In this document: positions 9,211 to 18,702 of the stretch, in pieces
Layout: each line of letters starts with the position of its first letter
How positions within the stretch are numbered: the first letter of the stretch is position 1
Origin: Diplonema japonicum
Taxonomy: Eukaryota > Protista > Euglenozoa: Diplonemea
Direction: 5' to 3'
DNA length: 64,000 nucleotides
Assembly: GCA_964019335.1 (NCBI GenBank)
Contig: OZ025696.1
Location: forward strand, 372,001 to 436,000
The notes under the pieces: generated by a model
What the model saw: only the letters and a program-made list of their open reading frames with translations
The model's database searches: none
What the model was told of the DNA's origin: nothing
Made by a program: the position numbers and the translations under genes

Positions 9211-12200
9211 TCACACAGACACAGACTCCATTGGCCGCATTGGTGTAGACTCTTCTGGTACCAGCTTCATGAACTCATGTATGGAGGGGTTATCGTCGTA
9301 CCGCTTCCTCCTCTTCATGATGGTAGCCATTATAATCCCGCAGATGGCAAGGAGCCCGCCCAGGATGCCGAGGATGACAGGGAGCCAGTTGAAGGAGTCG
9401 TCGTCCCCGCACTTCTCGACAGGCCTCCCCGTCGCTGGTTCCTTGCTGCCCTTCTTGCAGGTGCACGTGTAGTCCTTCACAGAGTCGAAGGTCTTCATCG
9501 GGTCCTCGCACTCCTGCTCCTCCCCACACGGCCCTGACGAAGACGAACCCGACGACGGTGCCTCCAACCCGTCCTTCCGCACGAAGCACTCGTCGTACCC
9601 GCACGACCCCACAGGCCCGTTCTCCCTCGACCCTGTCCCCCACCCGCAGCTGCAGCGGAAGCCCTTCTCAGTAGCCGTGCACTCTTCTCCCGCCTTGCAG
9701 GGGTCCGCCTCGCACCCGGGAGCCTCCGCCCCGACCTTGCAGTCCGTCACAGCCTCCCCGGTTGCCTTCGACGTCCCCTCCTTGCACGAGCACACGAAGT
9801 CCCCGGTGCTCCCCGCAGTCTGCACAGGGTCCGTGCACACCTGGTCCGCCCCACAGGGACTGCTGCTGCACTCGTCGACAGGGCCAGCCTCGCACACCGC
9901 CACCATCCCAACAGCCGTCGTTCCCTTGCAGCTGCACTCGAAGTTCTTCTTTGGTGTCACTCGCTTGTCGTCGTCTTTGCAAGTCTGCTTGTCCCCGCAT
10001 GGGGAATCCTCACACTCATCCCTCTCGCACACCCCCACCTTGCCGCCGACACGCTTCCTGTCTGCGTCCGTCTTGCATGTGCACACGTAGTCGCCGCGAG
10101 AGTCCGCTGCTGTCTCGGGGTCCCTGCAGTTCTGGTCCCCCCCGCACAGGGACAGCCCGGTCTTCTTCGCCTCGGCACACTCGTCGAATTCGCACTCCGC
10201 ACGTTCCCCGACAGCCCTCACACTTGCCCCGCGACACATGCACACGAAGTCCCCCGCCTTCTCGCTCGGGTCGTGGCAGTCCTGGTCCGACCCGCACGGC
10301 TTCCTCCCGCACTCCGACCCCACACTCGCGGGGACGGGTGTCCCAGGTGCCCGTGTCTTCGGAACGTCCGTCGAAGGGGCCTTCGTCTGCCCAGGTGCCA
10401 GGGTCGAAGGCCTAGCCGTACTCGGGGCTTCTGTGGCAGGTGACGCCGTCTCACCAGGAACAAGGGTTTTTGGGACTTGCGTCGCGGGTGCCATGGTGTC
10501 AGGGGCCGCCGTCTCACCAGGAACAAGGGTTCTTGGGACCTGTGTCTTGGGTGCCATGGTGTCAGGGGCCGCCGTCTCACCAGGAACAAGGGTTTTTGGT
10601 ACTTCTGTCTTTGGCGCTGTCGTGTCAGGGGCTGCCGTCTCACCAGGAACAAGGGTTTTTGGGACCTGTGTCTTGGGTGCCATGGTGTCAGGGGCCGCCG
10701 TCTCACCAGGAACAAGTGTTTTTGGGACCTCTGTTTTGGGTGCATTCGTGTCAGGGGCCACCGTCTCACCAGGAACAAGGGTTTTTGGGACCTCTGTCTT
10801 GGGTGCATTCGTGTCAGGGGCCACCGTCTCACCAGGAACAAGTGTCTTCGGGACTTGTGTCTTGGGTGCCATGGTGTCAGGGGCTGCTGTCTCACCAGGA
10901 ACAAGGGTTGTTGGAACTTGCGTCCTGGGTGCTGTCGTGTCGGGTGCTCGTGTGGAAGGAGCTCTCGTGCTCGGCGCCGATGTCTCAGGTGCTGCTGTTG
11001 TTCCAGGTACTAGGGTTTCTGGAGCCTGAGTTCTCGGTGCCATCGTGTCTGGTGCTGCTGTCGTCCCAGGTGCAAGTGTTGACGGTGCTTGTGTTCGTGG
11101 TGCGTTCGTGGCTGGCGCTGCAGTGCTTGGGACCCCTGTATCCGGCGCCATCGTGTTTGGAGCAGCTGTTGTACCAGGGACAAGGGTTGCTGGAACCTGT
11201 GTTGCAGGGGCCACAGTGCTTGGTGCCGCTGTGGAAGGAACACCTGTGTCAGGTGCTGTCGTATCTGGAGCAGCTGTTTTACCGGGTGCGAGAGTAGAAG
11301 GAGTCTGTGTACTCGGTGCTGTCGTTGCAGGGGGCATCGTGTCAGGTGTCATAGTTGTTGGTGCCACTGTATCGGGTGCCGCTGTCTTCCCTGGTGCGAG
11401 AGTTACTGGGACCTGCGTGTCAGGTGCCATCGTTGCAGGGGGCATCGTGTTGGGCACTGTGGTGCTGGGTGCCATTGTGGCAGGTGCTGCCGTCTTCCCA
11501 GGTGCGAGCGTTGCTGGGACCTGCGTGCTTGGTGCCATCGTTGCAGGGGGAATCGTGTCGGGTGCCATGGTGTCAGGTGCCATTGTGGCAGGTGCTGCTG
11601 TCTTGCCAGGTGCAAGAGTTACAGGGGCCATCGTATCAGGTGCCATCGTGTCAGGTGCCGCTGTCTTGCCAGGTGCAAGTGTTGATGGTGCTTGCGTGCT
11701 TGGTGCCATCGTTGCAGGGGGCATTGTGTTGGGTGCCATGGTGTCGGGTGCCATTGTGGCAGGTGCTGCTGTCTTGCCAGGTGCAAGGGTTACAGGGGCC
11801 ATTGTATCAGGTGCCATTGTGTCAGGTGCTGCTGTCTTCCCAGGTGCAAGTGTTGCTGGTGCTTGCGTGTTTGGTGCCATCGTTGCAGGGGGCATTGTGT
11901 TTGGTGCCATAGTGTCGGGTGCCATTGTGGCAGGTGCTGCTGTCTTTCCAGGTGCAAGGGTTACAGGGGCCATTGTATCAGGTGCCATTGTGTCAGGTGC
12001 TGCTGTCTTGCCAGGTGCGAGGGTTGATGGTACTTGCGTGCTTGGTGCCATCGTTGCAGGGGGAATCGTGTTGGGTGCCATGGTGTCGGGTGCCATTGTG
12101 GCAGGTGCTGCTGTCTTTCCAGGTGCAAGAGTAACAGGGGCCATTGTATCAGGTGCCATTGTGTCAGGTGCTGCTGTCTTACCTGGTGCAAGTGTTGATG

Positions 12201-15200
12201 GTGCTTGCGTGCTTGGTGCCATCGTTGCAGGGGGCATTGTGTTGGGTGCCATGGTGTCAGGTGCCATTGTGGCAGGTGCTGCTGTCTTCCCAGGTGCAAG
12301 AGTTACAGGGGCCATTGTATCAGGTGCCATTGTGTCAGGTGCTGCTGTCTTCCCAGGTGCGAGGGTTGAAGGCGCTTGCGTGCTTGGTGCCATCGTTGCA
12401 GGGGGCATCGTGTTTGGTGCCATGGTGCCGGGCGCCATTGTGGCAGGTGCTGCTGTCTTTCCAGGTGCAAGGGTTACAGGGGCCATTGTATCAGGTGCCA
12501 TCGTGTCAGGTGCTGCTGTCTTGCCAGGTGCGAGAGTTGATGGTGCTTGCGTGCTTGGTGCCATCGTTGCAGGGGGAATCGTGTTTGGTGCCATGGTGTC
12601 AGGTGCCATTGTGGCAGGTGCTGCTGTCTTTCCAGGTGCGAGTGTAGAAGGTGTCTGCGTACTGGGGGCCGTTGTATCAGGTGCTATCGTGTCAGGTGCC
12701 GCTGTCTTCCCAGGTGCAAGTGTTGACGGTGCTTGCGTACTCGGTGCTGTCGTTGCAGGGGACATCGTGTTGGGTGCTGTGGTGTCAGGTGCCATTGTGT
12801 CAGGTGCTGCCGACTTGCCAGGTGCGAGGGTTGACGGGGTTTGTGTAATAGGTGCCATCGTTGCAGGGGGCATCGTGTTTGGTGCCATGGTGTCGGGTGC
12901 CATTGTAGTAGGCGCTGCTGTCTTGCCAGGTGTTAGAGTAACAGGTGTGGTTGTAGATGGTGCCTGCGTACTAGGGGCAGTTGTGTCGGGTGCCATAGTG
13001 TTTGGCGCCCCTGTGCTGGGTGCCATCGTGTCAGGTGCTGCTGTCTTGCCAGGTGCAAGAGTTGATGGGGTTTGCGTGCTTGGTGCTATTGTGTCGGGGG
13101 CAGTCGACTTCCCTGGTGCTTGTGTAGAAGGTGCCATTGTATCAGGTGCTGTAGTGATAGGTGCTGTAGTGTCTGGAGCCATCGTTTGAGGTGCTGCCGA
13201 TTTGCCTGGTGACAGAGTTGCAGGTGTTTGTGTAGAGGGTGCCGTTGTGTCCGGTGCCGTTGTGCCGGGTGCCGTTGTACTTGGGGCCATTGTGTTGGGT
13301 GCTGTTGTGCTCGGCGATGTGGTATCAGGCGGGCTCGTGTCGGGGGTCGTTGTGTCCGGTGGGTTTGTAGCAGGGGCTGCTGACTTCCCAGGACTGAGTG
13401 TTGGTGGTGTTTGCGTGTCAGGTGCCGAGGTATCAGGTGAGCTAGTAGAAGGGGCAGTCGTGCTGGGTGCCATTGTGCTGGGTGCACTTGTACCAGGCAC
13501 GGAAGTATCGGGTGCTGCGGTGATGGGTGCTGTGGTGCCGGGTGCTACAGTCACAGGTGAAGTAGTCACAGGAGCAGTGGTCATGGGTGAAGTGGTCACA
13601 GGCGCTGTAGTCACAGGAGCAGTGGTCATGGGTGAAGTGGTAGTCGGGGCAGTGGTCATGGGTGAAGTGGTAGTAGGAGCAGTGGTTGCAGGTGCTGTGG
13701 TAGTAGGAGCAGTGGTCATGGGTGCAGTGGTAGTAGGAGCAGTGGTCATGGGTGCTGTGGTAGTAGGAGCAGTGGTTGCAGGTGCTGTGGTAGTAGGAGC
13801 AGTGGTCATGGGTGCAGTGGTAGTAGGAGCAGTGGTCATGGGTGCTGTGGTAGTAGGAGCAGTGGTTGCAGGTGCTGTGGTAGTAGGAGCAGTGGTTGCA
13901 GGTGCTGTGGTAGTAGGAGCAGTGGTTGCAGGTGCTGTGGTAGTAGGAGCAGTGGTCATGGGTGCTGTGGTAGTAGGAACAGTGGTTGCAGGTGCTGTGG
14001 TAGTAGGAGCAGTGGTTGCAGGTGCTGTGGTAGTAGGAGCAGTGGTCATGGGTGCTGTGGTAGTAGGAACAGTGGTTGCAGGTGCTGTGGTAGTAGGTGC
14101 TGTTGTATCAGGAGCCGTTGTACTGGGTGCTGAAGTGGAGGGAGCTGTTGTCGTCGGTGCTGTAGTAGTAGGAGCACTGGTATCAGGTGCAGAAGTGGAA
14201 GGTGCATTTGTTGCAGGAGCATCCGTCGTTGCGGCTCCTTTGTCTTTGCAGAGAGCAGGGTTCTTGGTGTAAACAGAAGCAGCAGGTTCAATGAGGCCAC
14301 CAGAGCCCTGTTCGAAAGGCTTGGTACCAGTCCAGTAACCCTGACCCCTCTCACCGTACTGGCACCCGAACTCCCACCACTCACCATTCCAACCGAAAGG
14401 ACCAGGAGAGGGACACTTCACAGCAGCACACCCCATGGCATAGATGTTCGAGGAAGACATCTGTGTGTAGTGGGACACAACATTTCCATTACCCATGTCA
14501 GTGTTCCAGTTGTAGTCATCCTTCTCATCCCACCAGCTCTTCCCAAGGTACCCAGGGATGCCATCACTCATCAATGCCTCACAAGCAGAGCCAGCACAGT
14601 AAGCAAGGTTCTCACCAAGGTACTCGTACCCACCGACATCCTTGCGAACAGTGTTCTGGTCAGAGTGGGGCCAGTTCGAGTCACACTTCCCAATGTGTGC
14701 CGCAATGGTGGCCTCGATGGTCGTGTCCCACCTGATCTTGTGCATGTCCTTGGCGGGAGGGCTTGTGTTCGAACGCCATTCGTTGTGCTTGTCGAGGATG
14801 GCCTGCTCCCATGCCGAGAGTGTGCAAGTTGAACCACCGCCGCCGCCACCGCCACCACCACCACCTCCACCTCCACCACCACCACCAGAGGAAGGTGCTG
14901 AGGTAGCAGGTGCAGGGGTAGAAGGTGCCGATGTGACAGGAGGGGAGTTTCCATCCTCGCAGAGAGCAGGGTTCTTGGTGTAAACAGAGGAAGCAGGTTC
15001 AATGAGGCCACCAGAGCCTTGTTCGAATGGCTTGGTACCAGTCCAGTAACCCTGACCCCTCTCACCGTACTGGCACCCGAACTCCCACCACTCACCATTC
15101 CAACCGAAAGGACCAGGAGAGGGACACTTCACAGCAGCGCACCCCATGGCATAGATGTTCGAGGAAGACATCTGTGTGTAGTGGGACACAACATTTCCAT

Positions 15201-15582
15201 TACCCATGTCAGTGTTCCAGTTGTAGTCATCCTTCTCATCCCACCAGCTCTTCCCAAGGTACCCAGGGATGCCATCACTCATCAATGCCTCACAAGCAGA
15301 GCCAGCACAGTAAGCAAGGTTCTCACCAAGGTACTCGTACCCACCGACATCCTTGCGAACAGTGTTCTGGTCAGAGTGGGGCCAGTTCGAGTCACACTTC
15401 CCAATGTGTGCCGCAATGGTGGCCTCGATGGTCGTGTCCCACCTGATCTTGTGCATGTCCTTGGCGGGAGGGCTTGTGTTCGAACGCCATTCGTTGTGCT
15501 TGTCGAGGATGGCCTGCTCCCATGCCGAGAGTGCGGGGCATGTCGCAGACAGGACAGCGCTGACGGCTAGTGTCAGCAACAT
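9211..15582 (-). CDS. Surface protein A: signal peptide, 2 CAP domains (type I), ~1300-aa mucin stalk, EGF-like Cys-rich region, TM, tail (2123 aa)
   Basis: CAP motifs HNEWR, GENLA, SHYTQM and FGCQY; TxAP repeats; DEC..PCG..QxCxDP..DFxCxC repeats; WLPVILGILGGLLAICGII TM followed by basic residues. Confidence 0.95.
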   Translation of the reverse strand: MLLTLAVSAVLSATCPALSAWEQAILDKHNEWRSNTSPPAKDMHKIRWDTTIEATIAAHIGKCDSNWPHSDQNTVRKDVGGYEYLGENLAYCAGSACEALMSDGIPGYLGKSWWDEKDDYNWNTDMGNGNVVSHYTQMSSSNIYAMGCAAVKCPSPGPFGWNGEWWEFGCQYGERGQGYWTGTKPFEQGSGGLIEPASSVYTKNPALCEDGNSPPVTSAPSTPAPATSAPSSGGGGGGGGGGGGGGGGGGSTCTLSAWEQAILDKHNEWRSNTSPPAKDMHKIRWDTTIEATIAAHIGKCDSNWPHSDQNTVRKDVGGYEYLGENLAYCAGSACEALMSDGIPGYLGKSWWDEKDDYNWNTDMGNGNVVSHYTQMSSSNIYAMGCAAVKCPSPGPFGWNGEWWEFGCQYGERGQGYWTGTKPFEQGSGGLIEPAASVYTKNPALCKDKGAATTDAPATNAPSTSAPDTSAPTTTAPTTTAPSTSAPSTTAPDTTAPTTTAPATTVPTTTAPMTTAPTTTAPATTAPTTTAPATTVPTTTAPMTTAPTTTAPATTAPTTTAPATTAPTTTAPATTAPTTTAPMTTAPTTTAPMTTAPTTTAPATTAPTTTAPMTTAPTTTAPMTTAPTTTAPATTAPTTTSPMTTAPTTTSPMTTAPVTTAPVTTSPMTTAPVTTSPVTVAPGTTAPITAAPDTSVPGTSAPSTMAPSTTAPSTSSPDTSAPDTQTPPTLSPGKSAAPATNPPDTTTPDTSPPDTTSPSTTAPNTMAPSTTAPGTTAPDTTAPSTQTPATLSPGKSAAPQTMAPDTTAPITTAPDTMAPSTQAPGKSTAPDTIAPSTQTPSTLAPGKTAAPDTMAPSTGAPNTMAPDTTAPSTQAPSTTTPVTLTPGKTAAPTTMAPDTMAPNTMPPATMAPITQTPSTLAPGKSAAPDTMAPDTTAPNTMSPATTAPSTQAPSTLAPGKTAAPDTIAPDTTAPSTQTPSTLAPGKTAAPATMAPDTMAPNTIPPATMAPSTQAPSTLAPGKTAAPDTMAPDTMAPVTLAPGKTAAPATMAPGTMAPNTMPPATMAPSTQAPSTLAPGKTAAPDTMAPDTMAPVTLAPGKTAAPATMAPDTMAPNTMPPATMAPSTQAPSTLAPGKTAAPDTMAPDTMAPVTLAPGKTAAPATMAPDTMAPNTIPPATMAPSTQVPSTLAPGKTAAPDTMAPDTMAPVTLAPGKTAAPATMAPDTMAPNTMPPATMAPNTQAPATLAPGKTAAPDTMAPDTMAPVTLAPGKTAAPATMAPDTMAPNTMPPATMAPSTQAPSTLAPGKTAAPDTMAPDTMAPVTLAPGKTAAPATMAPDTMAPDTIPPATMAPSTQVPATLAPGKTAAPATMAPSTTVPNTMPPATMAPDTQVPVTLAPGKTAAPDTVAPTTMTPDTMPPATTAPSTQTPSTLAPGKTAAPDTTAPDTGVPSTAAPSTVAPATQVPATLVPGTTAAPNTMAPDTGVPSTAAPATNAPRTQAPSTLAPGTTAAPDTMAPRTQAPETLVPGTTAAPETSAPSTRAPSTRAPDTTAPRTQVPTTLVPGETAAPDTMAPKTQVPKTLVPGETVAPDTNAPKTEVPKTLVPGETVAPDTNAPKTEVPKTLVPGETAAPDTMAPKTQVPKTLVPGETAAPDTTAPKTEVPKTLVPGETAAPDTMAPKTQVPRTLVPGETAAPDTMAPATQVPKTLVPGETASPATEAPSTARPSTLAPGQTKAPSTDVPKTRAPGTPVPASVGSECGRKPCGSDQDCHDPSEKAGDFVCMCRGASVRAVGERAECEFDECAEAKKTGLSLCGGDQNCRDPETAADSRGDYVCTCKTDADRKRVGGKVGVCERDECEDSPCGDKQTCKDDDKRVTPKKNFECSCKGTTAVGMVAVCEAGPVDECSSSPCGADQVCTDPVQTAGSTGDFVCSCKEGTSKATGEAVTDCKVGAEAPGCEADPCKAGEECTATEKGFRCSCGWGTGSRENGPVGSCGYDECFVRKDGLEAPSSGSSSSGPCGEEQECEDPMKTFDSVKDYTCTCKKGSKEPATGRPVEKCGDDDSFNWLPVILGILGGLLAICGIIMATIMKRRKRYDDNPSIHEFMKLVPEESTPMRPMESVSV
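13545..14170. repeat. Coding 15-bp tandem repeat (TTAPx pentapeptide) in the gene A stalk
   Basis: Repeats of ggtgctgtggtagta/ggagcagtggttgca/ggagcagtggtcatg. Confidence 0.95.
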
Positions 15583-16116
15583 CGTTAAATGTGTTTAAAC
15601 CTAAGTACGGTACTAGCTAGCGTTCAGATGGGAGGACAGAAGAAAAAGAAGATAGAAGAGGGGAGCGGATGAACGAGGTAAGCACTTTGCATAACGTTTG
15701 TTCACATCATGCAAGACAGAAGCTTGCCGTCATATCATAGGGGCTCGGGGCTTAGGGGGAAACAAAGCGTTTTTTTTTTTCTTTTTTTTTTTTGTTGTTG
15801 TTGTGACACCAAAGCAAGTGTTTATTTAAAAATCGCTAAGGTGGTAGGTTTCCCTTTTCTTTTTTATTTTGCTTTATTTATTTTTTATTTTTTTTTTCCT
15901 TTAATGAGTGCAGTGAGCGACCCCGTAGTTATAAGAAGGGAAACTTTAAAAAAAATGTAGGAGGGAAAGGCAAAAAAAGGGGGGTTATCTTCATTGTTTT
16001 CTAGTAGCACAAACATGGGGGCTACGAGTTTGTTCTGTTTTACCTAATAAAAAGAGATGTAAAAAGCTGGTGTTGGTGTTCACCATAGAAAGAAAAAAGA
16101 AACGATAACCTCTTGG

Positions 16117-16159
<43 letters not shown>

Positions 16160-16202
16160 AAATGAGGGAGGGAAAATACTGGACTGAGGTAGTGTCACCC
16201 AG

Positions 16203-16238
<36 letters not shown>

Positions 16239-16242
16239 AAAA

Positions 16243-16340
16243 AAGGAACTGGCCGCCGTAGGTACGGGCCGAAGGGGGTAGAAACCTGAGAGGAACAGGG
16301 CATATAAACCGTGCTAACACATTTGTCTCGTGCAGAAATA
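16243..16340. repeat. Diverged relative of the ~115-bp interspersed repeat
   Basis: Shares aggaactggccg, ggtagaaacctgagag and terminal tctcg(t)gcagaaa, with a different interior. Confidence 0.5.
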
Positions 16341-17358
16341 GAGGGGAAAAAAAAAGAGAAGAGCACTCGAATCACATTCATCACAATGCTGCTGTTTCTG
16401 TCATACAGAATGGCGCGGGGGGGGGGGGGGGGGGGAGGAGAAATCTAATTCTGCTTGTTGTGCGGTCTACCAAATGTGCGCTTTCAATTATAAAAAAATA
16501 AAAATAAAAACCCTTTTTTTTTCCCTTTGATCTTTTTTTTTTTTTTTTCTTCTTCTTTTGCTCCTAGCTTCTCGCTGTAAAAATTGCACCGCACACGAAC
16601 GGTGCGGTCAAAGTATATGCTTTTGGTTGGTCTCGCAAAAAAAAAGGGGGGGGAATAATAATATGGATTAATTTTGTTGTTTTGGTATTTTCTCGGCTAA
16701 AAAAAAAAAAAAAAAATAACAATAAAAAGGCCCTCTTTCATTGAACCCACGCGGGGGCTCTTAAAGAAAAAAAAAGGACTTTTTTGTGAAGGAGCAAAGG
16801 TAAAAGCATACAAAGTTTACTATCATTTTTTTTTATTTAACAATACTGCATTTTGAATTTATTTTATTTTTCGATCAAAAGAGTCACGGGGGGGGGGGTC
16901 TTTTATAATTTACATAAGAAAGTTATCAATAAGATTTTCAGGAATAGTTACATTGCCCCCCCCCCCCCCCCCCCCCCCCTTGACTATTGTTATCAGTCAG
17001 GTTCAAAAAGCTTGTTGATATTGATATATTTATATTTATATTTTTTGACAGCCAGGAATTGAAAGGGTTTTTTGACCTATTTCTTTTTTTTTTTTTAAAA
17101 CACTTTTTTGGGTTTGTGCATTCATACAAGAAACTAAAGCCGATCTTGTTCAATACAAAAAGAGAAAAAAAAAGAGAGAGAGAGAAGACATCCCCCCACT
17201 TTAATTAACGTTTTTTTTTTTAAAAAAAAAGAATTTATGAGTGGAAGAGATATTTTGAGAAAAACTCAATACCACCCCTCCTCATATTCTACCAGAAACG
17301 TAAAGAGGCGGGGAGGGGAGAAAGGGAAAAAAAGAATTTATGAATATAAGAAGATAAG

Positions 17359-17391
<33 letters not shown>

Positions 17392-17777
17392 ACACCCCAG
17401 GTTTCATGTACTTTGTGCAGAACACCCGGATACCCCTAGATGTAAAACCGAAAAGAAAACTGCGGGCTGACAAATGTTCGATTTCTTTTTCTTTTTTTTT
17501 TTTTTCTCTTCTCGGGACCGTCCGAGAAATTGTCGCTGAAGGACTTATTTAAAAAAAAAAAGAAAAATTGTCCGTAAAAAAGTCAGTTAAAGACTTATAT
17601 GGCGGCTGTCTGCATACATAAAACAAAAGAAATCTGGGGTGTTAAGTGCTCGTTGCGTCATCGAAGCTGGTTCATTTAGCAGCGAAGCTCTTCTAGGGGA
17701 AAATGAAAAAAGAAAAAAGTTTTATTTTTCATTGGTTGAAGGAAGAGAATGGGAGGGAGGAAGAAAGAAAAAAAAAA

Positions 17778-17813
<36 letters not shown>

Positions 17814-17918
17814 CTTGGAGAAACACGGAGCTCAGCCTCGCTGATTGCAGACGCTATTCCCTTCTGCCTAGATAAAAAAAAAAGTTTTTTTTTAATTTTA
17901 AAAAAAAGGTAGGAAGGG

Positions 17919-17952
<34 letters not shown>

Positions 17953-18055
17953 AAAAATGGAACAAAAGGTAATACAAAAGGAAAGGTGCCATATCATTCT
18001 ATGAAACAATTTTTTTTTTTTGACTATTATTCCGGTTGCCGCCAGTTGTAACAGC

Positions 18056-18091
<36 letters not shown>

Positions 18092-18187
18092 AGAAATTTT
18101 TTTTCTCATTCAGTTTACCTCACTCCCTTTGACCACCGACAGTTGTCACCACCAATCGTCTCATCAACTGATGTAAGCACCAACTTG

Positions 18188-18221
<34 letters not shown>

Positions 18222-18702
18222 TTCACTATGATAGGAACGAAGTGGTTAGCAACGGCCCGCCAAAAAAAAAAAGAAAGAATATAACGTAGAGGGTTGTGTG
18301 AAGTGGGACACAACAACAGAAGCAGTAGTCTATTTCCTCTTTTATTGTCAACTACTCAGCTGATGGTCCAAATATCCATAGTTAAAACAAGATTAAAAAA
18401 GAAGAATAAAAGAATGTATGTAAAGAAAGCCAAACGAAGATTAATTTTTACAAATATAGCATTACCTTCTTTTTTTTTTTTCTGAAACCTTATTCAAAAG
18501 GCTATGTTGCAAATAAAATAGCAAATAAAAAAAGGGGGGGGGGGAGGGAGCGTGGGGGAAAATTAAAAATGAATTCATTTGAGATGACTATTACAAAGAT
18601 TCGATGTTTATTCGCTTCATATCACCTTTCTCTCTCTTTTTTTTTTTTTTTTTTTTTTTTTTCCCCCTTTTTCGACTGACTCCAGACTGAAGTCTCGATT
18701 TC

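Noticed and set aside
10091-10099. RGD tripeptide in the EGF-like region
   Set aside because: Common by chance; its presence in all paralogs reflects homogenisation, not independent conservation.
10440-14170. Regular repeats that could suggest a CRISPR array
   Set aside because: In-frame coding repeats without unique spacers; eukaryotic context, no cas genes.
10238-14272. Long plus-strand ORFs rich in G/A/V (also 19724, 34145, 41016, 58956)
   Set aside because: Antisense shadows of the TxAP mucin repeats; no independent motifs.
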